From positions 35,340,001 to 35,404,000 of the forward strand of contig NC_043000.1 of the NCBI RefSeq assembly GCF_006345805.1: 64,000 bases of DNA. Direction: 5' to 3'. Shown here piece by piece: positions 50,423 to 62,300 of this stretch (the stretch's first letter is position 1; each line of letters opens with the position of its first letter). A model generated the notes under the pieces. That model saw nothing but the letters and a program-made list of their open reading frames with translations, was not told where the DNA came from and did no database searches. Source of the DNA: Octopus sinensis (taxonomy: Eukaryota). Made by a program: the position numbers and the translations under genes.

Positions 50423-50950
50423 AGGTCACTTTCGAGTGCTACTGGTAACATGTAACCCAGTACAACCTGTTGCGTGGTCGGATCGTCGGCGACTAAACCA
50501 GCAACCCCACCAAGCTTGCTTGGTGAGAAGGGTGTTTATTGGACACCTTGCGGGATGAAAAACAAAACCCGTCAAAGGGCGGAGGAACTCTTGAGAGTCA
50601 ACGGCCATCAAATAAATGTCTTAAGGCTCATGCGCGGGGACATAGAAATAATCGGACTGAATACCCGATCGCGCGGTTAAATCATTGGGAGTGAAGGACT
50701 CCTAGCCTTTGTTAGGGCATCCTTCTAGGAGATGGTAACTCCGACATAAAACCTGCGGGTCAGTGGTTACCGATGATGTGGACTTGTTCTTCTTTTCGGA
50801 TTATGGCTGCTGTTGCTTAGTGAGTGGGATTGACTCAGTGCACAGCCTTTCTTCACTTTAAAAAAAATCTTCTTGCACAGGCATTGCACGATAACAACAT
50901 TGATTAAGCTTCGCGCAATGGCCATACTCGATAACGAGGAGGCAGCCACC
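50419..50950. mobile_element. Unclassified ~530-bp GC-richer interspersed element within (TA)n
   Basis: Sharp boundaries against (TA)n on both sides; no convincing ORF. GGGCATCCTTCTAGGAGATGGTAACTCC...AAACC resembles RTE 5' UTR motifs (from memory). Confidence 0.5.
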
Positions 50951-50952
50951 AT

Positions 50953-51021
<69 letters not shown>

Positions 51022-51410
51022 TATATGCATATATACACATGTATGTAGGCAAATGGATATGAAAGTAAACAGATAGACATACAGACGGATAAATACATAG
51101 GTAATATGAACAGACAAGCACACATACATAAATACGCAAATGAAGACAAACACGTGACTCTACACACACACACACTTCACACAAGGACATATATGGAGAC
51201 ACACGACCACACATACACAGTACATGGTCACAAAAAATCCATACACACACAGACACACCCAGAAGGGCACACGTAAAAATACACAAACATGAATATGCAG
51301 AATACATACATGCAAACGTACACACATACATATATACATGCGCCCACACACACATACATACATACATTCATGCGCGTATACACACACATGCATGCATACA
51401 CGCGCTCACA

Positions 51411-52409
51411 GACAGTCCGACGAGGATCAGTGAGGCAATGAATGACCAGTTCAAAAGTGTCTTTACCACCCCGTTGGAACACAGACAAGTGAACGAACCG
51501 GTAGACTTCTTTGCCGCCTCGCCTATAACAAGCGAGGCAGTTACGACGAATACATCGACATTAGCGAAGAAGATATACTACTAGCCATAGATGAAGTGGA
51601 CACAAACTCAACTGCTGGTTCTGATGGTTTCCCAGCAATCCTCCTCAAATCGTGTAAGCATGCCCTGGCAAAACCCCTCCGGATTCTCTTTCAGAGCTTT
51701 CTTGCAAATGGCAGACTGCCAAGCAGGCTGAAGGAGGGAATAATATGCCCAATCCATAAAGGGGGAAGCAGAGCAGATGCCAAAAACTATAGGCCTATCT
51801 CTCTGACTTCACGTCATTACCAGGATGGCGACATTCAGAACCAGAGATAAGGAAACCATGATGGTCCTCTGGCGGACATTCGTCCTCAGCCGCCTGGATT
51901 ACTGCTCCCAGCTATGGTCACTCATCAGTGTGAAATTAACAACGGACCTTGAAGCAATCCGCAGAAGACGAGAGAGGTATGCAGTAATATACATCTGAAA
52001 GATCCTGGAAGGAATTGTGCCAAATTTTGGCATTGAAAATTACACCAATGCCAGAACGGGACGACACTGCGTAGTGCCAAAGATCCCAGCAACGCCATCG
52101 CGCTTCAGGACCAGCTACTGCAGCAGCCTGGGTTTCAAGGGCACACAGCTTTTTAATATTCTTCCAAAGAGTCTGAGGAACCTGCACAAAGTAGATGTAG
52201 GCGTTTTTGAATCAAAGCTGGACATCTTCCTATCAAAAGTCCCAGATGAACCAACCTCACGGCAAGAGGTGCAAATGAGGGTAGCTACATCAAACTACAT
52301 TCTTCACCAAGTGCCACATATTAGAGGAGGCTCTCAGTAATAACAGTGTAGCAAAACGGCGGTGCATCAGCATAGCCACAGCTCTGGGCTGAAACTACAG
52401 AAAAAATAC
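51411..52409 (+). mobile_element. CR1/L2-type LINE fragment with the RT core deleted
   Basis: STAGSDGFPAILLK...PIHKGG...NYRPISLTS joined near 51812 directly to RTFVLSRLDYCSQLWS...RRRERYAVIY; 3' end near GAAACTACAGAAAAAA. Confidence 0.82.
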
Positions 52410-53096
52410 ATACATACACCTATATACATACATATACATGCATATATATATATATATAGGCGTACGCATGCATACGTATATATGTCCCCCATACGCGCGC
52501 ATGCAGACGTATGTATGCCGCCCAAATTGGCCTGCATACATATATGTATAACCCTCTATAACCACAACATACATACATACATATGTATACCCCCATACGC
52601 GCGCATACGTAAGTCTACCAACACACATACACGCATGAATACGTATGTGTACACACATATGTACGCATACATACACACGCATAGGTAAGAATACCCTCAT
52701 TCACACGCATGCGTGCATATGTATACACACGTATGCATACATACACATGTATACAACCGAGACATGCATTCATGCGAATGTATACTGTCACACAATTAAA
52801 ACGTGTGTTCATCATAATTTTTCCTGCATTTGCTTTGTGTATCTTAATCAATAATAATGATAATAATAATGATAATAAGTACAGTCGTAATCACACCAAT
52901 AGACTGGGAGTATCCTGGATGGGGATAATCCACGTGGTTCCCTAATCTCAATAGAAGCAGCCACACAGCGAACACACAAGTTGCATATGATGACAGTTCT
53001 TTGTGTCTGAAGATGAGAAGGAGCGTCTAGCATCAGTTGGCCATGAAGACTGTTCTTTGACAGGCTCTGGCGCACTGAGAAAGCAAATATGTAGAC

Positions 53097-53648
53097 CCTG
53101 GCCAGAAGGCGAAATCTTTTTCCCCACAAGAGTTCCGGACCCTAGCAATGACCTCATTTGCATACAGCCAATCAGAGCACACCATGACCGTGTTGTCAAG
53201 TTAAACATACTCTACCAGGTAAACTAAAGACGATGAACGGTGTTGTAAGTCGCCAAGTTATGCCTGATTTTAGAAGGAGACAAGTAATTAGATAGATTTG
53301 CATCTATACCTATTATCGGATTTTGTTAGGGCCCCATACGGTAAAGATGTGGATGGGAAAAATGTGGGTAGAGGGGGATGTGATAGCAACCCTCTCCCCT
53401 TACTGTTTTACAAAGTAAGCAACAACACAAATTACTATGCAGAGGCAGCCATGGTTGGAACAAGAACGAGAAGAATTATCAAAAGAGAAACAAGTAAGGT
53501 CATTGCTCACCCAGATAACTTTATTTTATCATCCATCACTTGTTATGCGCTCATAGATTAGTTTGATGGTTGATCTCTGATTGGCTGTATGCAAATGAGT
53601 TCATTATTGGGGTCCGGAACTCTCGTAGGAAAAAATTTCGCTGCCAGG
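53097..53648. repeat. Inverted repeat pair (~80-bp arms), each carrying ATTTGCAT and CCAAT
   Basis: 53097-53177 vs reverse complement of 53575-53648; shared GAGTTCCGGACCC...CTCATTTGCATACAGCCAATCAGAG. Confidence 0.82.
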
Positions 53649-53654
53649 AGGGGG

Positions 53655-53975
53655 TCGTGATAATGATTTATTCCTTCTTTGGCGTTTCTTATCCACTGCA
53701 GTTGCTGTTGCCTTTTAAAACTTGTTTGTAGCGATTTAATGCAATCTCGCTCCACTTTCCGCTGTGTTGCGATTCACTCCCACTCTGTGGGGGTCAATCG
53801 CTGCTTAGGTGCGTTGGTGTGCCAGCTGGTCTTTCAAACGCTTCCTAGGGCCTCCTTTTTCTTTTTTTTTTCATATCGCGACTGAGATCGCTGTAGAATA
53901 CGGCCTTCTGAATTTGTTCATGCGTGCGACGTGGCCTGCGCATCTGAACAGCAATATGGTTTCAATGCTCAAGAT
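53655..53975 (-). mobile_element. RTE-type LINE C-terminal fragment
   Basis: Reverse complement reads QMAGHVARM...GGPRKRLKDQL, matching the RTE pattern WAGHV.RM...G.P.KR.KD.LK. Confidence 0.7.
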
Positions 53976-54145
53976 GTTGGCTTTCTGGAGTTAATTATAT
54001 CGACCCTAGTGTTTTACTGGTACTTCATACACACATATACATTATGCACATATATACATACAAACATATACCCATACATGCATAGGCACACGCGCATACA
54101 AAAACAAACATATACATACATACATGCACATGTATACACACACAA

Positions 54146-54268
<123 letters not shown>

Positions 54269-54543
54269 CACCATTGGAAAACTACATATATTTCGTGGTC
54301 AGAGTGAGAGGGTTTTAGTGAAAAGAATTATTGAAGAAACACTTCAGTAACTGGGAAGAATTACAAGTCCAGAAGAAGGCAGTCAACACGAGATGACATT
54401 TTGCTTTTTGTTTGAAATAAAAAGATACATTTACAGAACTAAAACCAGTAGCATTTTCTGGGTTGTTTACTTGAAGCATAAACTAGCGAAAAATGTGTAT
54501 TTTCTGATTAAATTACATATAATAATGGTCAAAATATTTTTCT

Positions 54544-57013
54544 TATTTCTTTATTACCCACTAGGGGCGACACAGAAAGGGACACTAAGAAACATGGGGA
54601 CATATAACATTATAATTAACTTTATGAACATGAATGTTAAACGAAAAAATGATTAATGAAAGCGATACCAACGGCCCCGTCCGTCAGCATCACTTACCTG
54701 TCCTTTGTTTTTCATAGTCACTTGAATGTTCCTTGCCAATACGAACAAATTCCATATCCATTCTTACTCCGAAATACTCATCCATATTTTCCACGAATTC
54801 ATCGCTCATTCTTATATCTTTCACCTCCCAATTCTCGCATTCACACATCACCATAAAGTCACCTATGTTCTTCTTTTCAATCACAGCATACCTAGTCTCA
54901 CCAACATCATACCATTTATACTCTTCCATTAGACTTTTAACTTCTTTCTGTTCAGTCATAGTACAAATGTACGGCCTGATATCGATTTCAATCTCTTGTG
55001 TGTGTGTATTCTTTTTTTTTCTTTTGTTTTCTTGTTGGGGGGGAGCGGGTGGGTTCAATGTCTGCATGGATAGGGTGGGACTCAGAGGGCGTGGGTGGTT
55101 TTGGGGTGGATTGGAGTTCCATATTATTTTCTTTTCCGCGTATTCTTCTCTTCCTCTTACTTCCAGCTTCCTTCCATTTCTGTGTATTCTCTTCCTCTGT
55201 TTCCTTCTCCTCTCTCTCTGGTTCGGGATCCATTTCTTTCCCTGGGGGAGGGCAGAAGGCTCTTATGTGACCCCTCAGCCACACTTGTAACAACGTGGAG
55301 CCCTGCCTCCACCCACACTCTCATGATCACTTCTCCCAGTCTGATGCTTTCCGTCAGGTCCACCAGTACCTCGGTCTCTGCCTGTACGTTCAGCTCCACT
55401 GTTACGCCTCTCCAGCCCTCAGACTTACCGAGGCATGGAGAATATCTACTTCGTCCTCGTGGCCGCTGATCACAGCCGCCACAATCCATTCTGCCTCCAC
55501 GTTTGGTGGCACTCCCTCCACCCTTATTCGTGTAATCCTCCTGTTTAAATACGTAGGTAACAGTGTTACCTTTTCCGACTTCACCGCCTTCGCCGCCATC
55601 TTCTCGCTGCAGATTCACTTTTAAAATGCACAACTACGGTCCCATACTTGGATCCTCGAGTCAGAAAATTTATTTCCTCCTCAGTTCTTCGCAGGGCTTC
55701 CTCTATCCATTCCATGGTTACAACTTCTTATTTCTTTATTACCCACTAGGGGCGACACAGAAAGGGACACTAAGAAACATGGGGACATATAACATTATAA
55801 TTAAATTTTATGAACATGAATTGTTAAACGAAAAAATGATTAAATGAAAGTGATACCAACGGCCCCGTCCGTCAGCATCACTTACCTGTCCTTTGTTTTT
55901 CATAGTCACTTGAATGTTCTTTGCCAATACGAATAAATTCCATATCCATTCTTACTCCGAAATACTCATCCATATTTTCCACGAATTCATCGCTCATTCT
56001 TATATCTTTCACCTCCCAATTCTCGCATTCACACATCACCATAAACTCACCCTGTTCTTCTTTTCAACACACATACCTAGTCTCACCAATCATACCATTT
56101 ATACTCTTCCATTAGACTTTTAACTTCTTTCTGTTCAGTCATAGTACAAATGTACGGCCTGATATCGATTTCAATCTCTTGTGTGTGTGTATTCTTTTTT
56201 TTCTTTTGTTTTTTGTTGGGGGGGAGCGGGTGGGTTCAATGTCTGCATGGATAGGGTGGGACTCAGAGGGCGTGGGTGGTTTTGGGGTGGGTGGGATTGG
56301 AGTTCCATTATTTTCTTTTCCGCGTATTCTTCTCTTCCTCTTACTTCCAGCTTCCTTCCATTTCTGTGTATTCTCTTCCTCTGTTTCCTTCTCCTCTCTC
56401 TCTGGTTCGGGATCCATTTCTTTCCCTGGGGGAGGGCAGAAGGCTCTTATGTGACCCCTCAGGCCACACTTGTAACAACGTGGAGCCCTGCCCTCCACCC
56501 ACACTCTCATGATCACTTTCCCAGTCTGATGCTTTCCGTCAGGTCCACCAGTACCCGGTCTCGCCTGTACGTTCAGCTCCACTGTTACGCTCTCCAGCCC
56601 TCAGACTTAACCGAGGCATGGAGAATATCTACTTCGTCCTCGTGGCCGCTGATCACAGCCGCCACAATCCATTCTGCCTCCACGTTTGGTGGCACTCCCT
56701 CCACCCTTATTCGTGTTAATCCTCTGTTTAAATACGTAGGTAACAGTGTTACCTTTTCCGACTTCACCGCCTTCGCCGCCACTTCCTCGCTGCAGATTCA
56801 CTTTTAAAATGCACAACTACGGTCCCATACTTGGATCCTCGAGTCAGAAAATTTATTTCCTCCTCAGTTCTTCGCAGGGCTTCCTCTATCCATTCCATGG
56901 TTACAACTTCTACCCTCTTCCTTTCGTTTGCGAACACCCTGTAAACAATGGTCCTCTTATCATACCATTCTTTTCTCCTGGGTGTCGGTGATAGTTCCAC
57001 CTCACCGCTTTCG
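54544..57013 (-). mobile_element. ORF1-only non-autonomous retroposon, head-to-tail dimer (A 54544-55724; B 55725-57013) inside one 18-bp TSD
   Basis: TSD TGGTCAAAATATTTTTCT at 54526-54543 and 57014-57031. Each unit encodes a gag-like protein (RITRIRVEGVPPNV...CYKCGLRGHIRAFC) followed by only about 150 nt of 3' UTR ending AATAAAGAAATA. No endonuclease or RT motifs. Confidence 0.88.
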
Positions 57014-57239
57014 TGGTCAAAATATTTTTCTAGTGAAGTAAAATTATTGTAAAACATATATTTGAAATAAGTATATTTTCGTGAAAAATTAAAAGAACTT
57101 ACCAGCGTAAAAAACAGATGTTTATCTTCCTCTGATAACAAAGTTTTTGACTGCCAAGCAAATAAACTCCCCTTGCAGGTTATAGACTAATCCGAATTTA
57201 CAGAAAAAGACGCTTCTCCTGTTAATATCTTTAAGAAAG

Positions 57240-57634
57240 AAGGCGAGCTGGCTGAAACGTTAGCACGCCGGGCGGAATGCGTAGCCGTATTTCGTCTGTC
57301 GTTACGTTCTGAGTTCAAATTCCGCTGAGGTCGACTTTGCCTTCCATCCTTTCGGGGTCGATAAATTAAGTACCAGTTACGCACTGGGGTCGATGTAATC
57401 GACTTAATCCGTTTGTTTGTCCTTGTTTGCCCCTTCTGTGTTTAGCTCCTTGAGGGTAATAAAGAAATAGGTATTTCGTCTGCCGCTACGTTCTGAGTTC
57501 AAATTCCACCGAGGTCTACTTCGTCTTTTATCCTTTCGGGGTCGATAAATTAAGTACCAGTTGCGTACTGGGGTTGATCTAATCGACAGGCCCCGCTCCC
57601 CCAAATTTCGAGCCTTGTGCCTAAAGTAGAAAAG
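57240..57634 (+). mobile_element. SINE family A dimer with 16-bp TSD
   Basis: TSD AATATCTTTAAGAAAG at 57224-57239 and 57635-57650. Confidence 0.9.
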
Positions 57635-58009
57635 AATATCTTTAAGAAAGTTTTCAACGTCACATTTTGAAAATTCCGTTGCCAATAATGTATAGAATCT
57701 TTGTACCGTATGAAAAGAAATTGATATATGTTTATTTAAGTTCGTTTTATGTGTCGTACTTTACTCCTGCATTCAAGACTATCGTTATCTCACAAAAAAT
57801 ATTAACTCACATCATACACCTTATACATTATAAACATTTGTATTTACAAAGAATATTTTAAAAATTTGTTGTGTTCTTCAAATATCTATTTCTCCTTTAA
57901 CACAGTTTTCTTCAAATACTGACACTTAACGTTCAATCTTCTCTATAAGTCTTTCATTGGGGATTTATTTTAAAGGAAACACTAATAAAATCGTAATAAC
58001 CTTTCTTAC

Positions 58010-58160
58010 AATAAGCACAAAGCCTCAAATTTGGGCAAGGAGACTAATTGATTATATCGACCCCAGTTTTTCCCTGGTATTCAATTAACCGACCCCGAAA
58101 GGATGAAAGGCAAAGTTACTTCCGCGGAATTTGAACCCAGAACCTAGCGGCAGACCAAAT
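58010..58160 (-). mobile_element. SINE family A, degenerate partial copy
   Basis: CCCCGAAAGGATGAAAGGCAAAG...GGAATTTGAAC. Confidence 0.65.
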
Positions 58161-58355
58161 ACAGCAGTCAAAGTGTGTTTAGATTTAAATAACAATGGAA
58201 TAGTCCGACTTAATATTTTTAAACAAATATATAACTCTGTAACCATATACACAGCTAAATTATGATTCAATCGAGTGGTTCCTGGGTTCGTTTTCTACTG
58301 AAGTAATAATTAAATTGTCGCCAGTTATATATTAGTATTATCAAGTCGTAGGATG

Positions 58356-58430
58356 TCCTCCTCCTCCTCCTCCTCCTCCTCCTCATCATCATCATCGTCG
58401 TCGTCGTCGTCGTCGTTGTTGTTGTTGCTG
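58356..58430. repeat. Compound trinucleotide array (TCC)(TCA)(TCG)(TTG)
   Basis: Sequential blocks visible directly. Confidence 0.9.
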
Positions 58431-59075
58431 CTATTGTCCAACACAAAGGTCTTTCACAGTTGGGTTATGTGTAATTATACCTCAGCTCCGGTCCGCTGCT
58501 CAGAGGCACAATACCTTCCACGGCACATGAGCCGTTCCAAGCACCGCAGTAATTTGTGCACGTCCTAATATATTTGATATGCCTAAGATCTCAGGCATTG
58601 CGTCTAAATTCTTTGAAATCCTTCCGGGTGCACCGATAACAAAATAGATAACCATGTTGACTGTTGTTTGGTGGATTTCCCGTACCTGGATCTCCAAATC
58701 CCGGTATTTGTCTATCTTTATTCTCTCGGGGATTCCAGCATTTTGGTCTTCAGGAACAGCGACATCTATCATGGCCCATTCGTGATGCACCATTTGTGAT
58801 ATCAGAGCAATTATGTTCCACACGCTTGTCTGTAAAGATGCTCATATTTCACATGAGCTTCTCTTATTCACAGCCAAGGCCTGTAGATGTGGTCATACCA
58901 CTTATCTATGCACGGAAGATCGTATTTCTTGCAAAGTTCCCAGTACACCCGAAAAGTGACCTTGTCATGTCGACACCTGTACTCTTGTACTCTGCTAGTT
59001 GTGAGCAGCCACTAATAATACGACTGCTCACTGATAATTCAATATGCTGCCCGCATTTTCTTTTCTGGTGTCTCT
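58431..59075 (-). mobile_element. 3' part of an R4/Dong-like RLE non-LTR retrotransposon
   Basis: RHDKV...YWELCKKYDL...KWYDH; IDVAVPEDQN...KIDKYRDL...VIGAPGRI...AVLGTAHV..KVL*. (TAA)n at the 5' junction (59085-59108). Confidence 0.82.
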
Positions 59076-59107
59076 TCTTCTTTGTTATTATTATTATTAT
59101 CATTATT

Positions 59108-59740
59108 AAGGCAGCGAGCTGGCAGAATCGTTAGCACGCTGGACGAAATACTTAGTGGTATTTAGTCTGCCGCTACGTTCTGAGTTCAAATTCCGCCGAG
59201 GTCGACTTGGCCTTTCATCCTTTCGGAGTCGATAAATTAAGTACCAGTTACGCACTGGGGTCGATGTAATCGACTTAATCCGTGTGTCTGTTCTTGTTTT
59301 TCCTCTCTGTGATTAGCCCCTTGTGGGTAGTAAAGAAATAGGTATTTTGTCTGAGTTCAAATTCCGCCCATGTCGACTTTGCCTTTCATCCCTTTCGGGG
59401 TCGATAAAATAAGAACGAGTTACGCACTGGGGTCGATGTAATCGATTAAGCCCCCTTCCCCAAACAATTTTCAAGGCCCTGTGCCTAGAGTATAAATAAT
59501 AATAATTATTATTATTATTACTATAGCGGTGAGCTGACAGAATCGTTAGCGCACTGGACGAAATGCTTAGCGGTGTTTCGCCCGTCTCTACGTTCTGAGT
59601 TCAAATTCCGCCGAGGTCGACTTTGCCTTTCATCCTTTCGGGGGTCAATAGATTAAGTACCAGTTGAGTACTGGAGCCGCTATTATCGACTTAACCCCTT
59701 CCCACAAATTTGAGGCCTTGTGCTTTCAGTAGAAAGGATT
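59108..59740 (+). mobile_element. Cluster of SINE family A copies in (ATT)n
   Basis: Dimer at 59108-59495 and monomer at about 59523-59740, separated and flanked by (ATT)n. Confidence 0.85.
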
Positions 59741-59749
59741 ATTATTATT

Positions 59750-60040
59750 GAGTGAGAGAGCAGCACAGGCCATCAAATAACGTAGGGGTACAAATATACA
59801 AAGCCCAATCCATCATAACTACCCGTAAACCAGACACATGCATCACGACTATATGCAGGTGACATGGTGAACTCGTATCATGATAATCCGTGCATGACCT
59901 TGCAGGTGGGACCCAGTTAGAATATTTTTTTACGCCGCGTAACCCATCCTGCTCAAAAGATTTCTGAATATGGTTTGTTTAACGAAAAACTCATGGGTCC
60001 AGAGGTGAATTATTCAAACCCCAAAGAATCCCGTCTAGAT
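59750..60040 (-). mobile_element. Additional SINE-like interspersed repeat (family E)
   Basis: Reverse-complement head with GGGGTTTGAATAATTCACC (B-box-like). Recognised from memory only; single copy in the window. Confidence 0.45.
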
Positions 60041-60059
60041 AGAATAATAATTCAAGAAT

Positions 60060-60860
60060 TTTTGTAGAACTTTGTTAGTCTTGCAAATTGCTTTTCGTTT
60101 CATTTCTTTCGGGAAAGTGGCTGGTTCCATCTCGCAGGACGTTGATCAAAAGCAGACCGAATATTATTTTTGCCATGTCTGCTCCATCCCACATTTTATG
60201 GTTTTTCTCCCCATATTCTGTAGTTCTTATGCCCATCTTCGTAAGAGGAAGGAGTAGTGCTGTTATGAGGTACTTTCTGGCAGTTTAGTACAAGCTCTTG
60301 TTGTTGTTGGAAACTCTCGTTGCCTTTTCCATTTGAGATGGGAAGAAGAGTTTTTTTTTTATCTCATGACTGGTAAGGAAGACGGAGCAATTTCATTTGC
60401 CGAACCACGTGTTGTATCTGGTGTTGCTTTCAAACTGATAACTTCCATATTTTGTTGCTGTTCTTTTAGATTTCCTCTGCCGAAAGCTTCTGAGGGTCCT
60501 TCCACAAGTCTACCTTGAACGCTGAGTTTAAAGGTCTTCTCAGTATCTTCTACAAGACGCGATTCTGGATTATTTTGTGATCTTGTTGGCTAGAGGTGAT
60601 TCCGCATGTCCACGTTTCAAATGTAACACCAGTATTCACCAAATGCCGATATTGTGTCACATAGGTATCTAATCTGGATTCGACATTGTTCCCGAGGACC
60701 CCCGTCGCTTGCCTTTGAGTTACTTTCCTAAATACTGCGGAACCAGCTTCTGGATAATTGTGTCGTGTTCTCTTTGGGATTTCGTTTTTGTATTGTGCCC
60801 TTTGCCCTCCCGTTCTAATGAAGGATATTTGAATTAAAATATCTACTACAATTGCCTCCA
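60060..60860 (-). mobile_element. Possible upstream fragment of an R4/Dong-like ORF
   Basis: VFRKVTQRQ...TYVTQYRHLVNTGV and NNNKSLY resemble the R4 pre-RT region. Heavily decayed. Confidence 0.4.
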
Positions 60861-60902
60861 AACTCCTATTCGAATAAAACAACAAAGCTTGCAGTGTTTG
60901 TT

Positions 60903-61110
60903 CTTTTTTCTCCTCTAGGCACAAGGTTCAAAATTTCTGGGGAGGGGGGGCCAGTCGATTAGATTGACCTCAGTACGCAACTGGTACTTAATTTATCGAC
61001 TCCGAAAGGATGAAAGGCAAAATCTACCTCGGCGGAATTTGAACTCAAAACGTAAGGACAGACGAAATACTGCTAAGCATTTCGCTAACGTTTCTGCCAG
61101 CTCGCCGCCT
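60903..61110 (-). mobile_element. SINE family A monomer
   Basis: Reverse complement AAGGCGGCGAGCTGGCAGAAACGTTAGC ... core ... CCTTGTGCCTAGAG tail. Confidence 0.85.
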
Positions 61111-61304
61111 TAAGCTTGAAGTGTTTTCAACAAAACAATTATTAATTTCGTCTCGTTTCTTCTGTGAATGATTGCAGAAGACTGACCCCACCACGCCATT
61201 CCGATGAATAAAACATTTCCTGATACTTCAAGTATATTGAAGTATTTTGCTTGAAAAATCTTTTGTAAAGGACAACCTACAAAATTTTTAATGTATGCCA
61301 CTGC

Positions 61305-61505
61305 GTGACACCTCGGGCCGACCAAAGCCTTGAGAGTGGATTTGGTAGGCGGAAACTGAAAGAAGCCCATCGTATATGTATGTATGCTTGTGTGTGTCTT
61401 TGTGTCTGTGTTTGTCCCCTATCACTACTTGACAAGTGTTGATGTGTTTACGTCCCCGTAACTTAGCGGTTCGGCAAAAGACACCGATAGAATAAGTACT
61501 AGGTT
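61305..61505 (+). mobile_element. SINE family C, partial
   Basis: GCCGACCAAAGCCTTGAGAGTGGATTTGGTAG...CTTAGCGGTTCGGCAAAAG. Confidence 0.75.
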
Positions 61506-61816
61506 TTCAAAGAATAAGTCTATAATATCATCGTTTCTTTCGTTGTTTATAACATCATTATTTTCATCATCGACCATATTAATATTATCTTCAACGTCGT
61601 CCAAAATATTTTCCTTTCTAAAATTTTCTTTAAAAAAAACCAATTTGCTAAGCAGAGTTACATTTGTGATATTTCCCCCACGTTACAACACTCTAGGATT
61701 ACTTAATGAAACCCCTGTACCTAAACCGTAAATCTCTTAATTCGCATTTATAATCGATGGACAATTGTAGATTTTAAGATTCTACATCTTCACCAAACTC
61801 AAATAGACACTCTGTA

Positions 61817-61892
61817 GTATATATATATATATATACGCACATATATATATGTATATATATATATATATATATATAAGATATATATATGTATA

Positions 61893-61925
<33 letters not shown>

Positions 61926-62153
61926 GCATATATATATTATATATATATGCCTATATATGTATGTATATATATGCATATATATGTATATATATATGCATAT
62001 ATATGTATATATATATATATGATATATATGTAATATATATATGCATATATATGTATATATGTATGCATATATATGCATATATATGTATATATATATATAT
62101 ATGTATATATATGTATATATATGTATTATATATATACATATATATATATAATG

Positions 62154-62184
<31 letters not shown>

Positions 62185-62300
62185 ACAATATATATATATG
62201 TATACATATATATATATGTATACATATATATATGTGTATATATATGTATATGTATATTTATATGTATGTATGTATGCATGTGTGCATGAATATGTGTGTC
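61817..62300. repeat. Complex (TA)n/(TATG)n microsatellite field
   Basis: About 480 bp of TA units interrupted by TG, CA and GC dinucleotides. Confidence 0.95.

Noticed and set aside
54544-57013. Units A and B as two independent insertions, or as host-gene exons
   Set aside because: One TSD brackets both, there is no TSD at the internal junction, and the protein is a TE gag-like ORF1.
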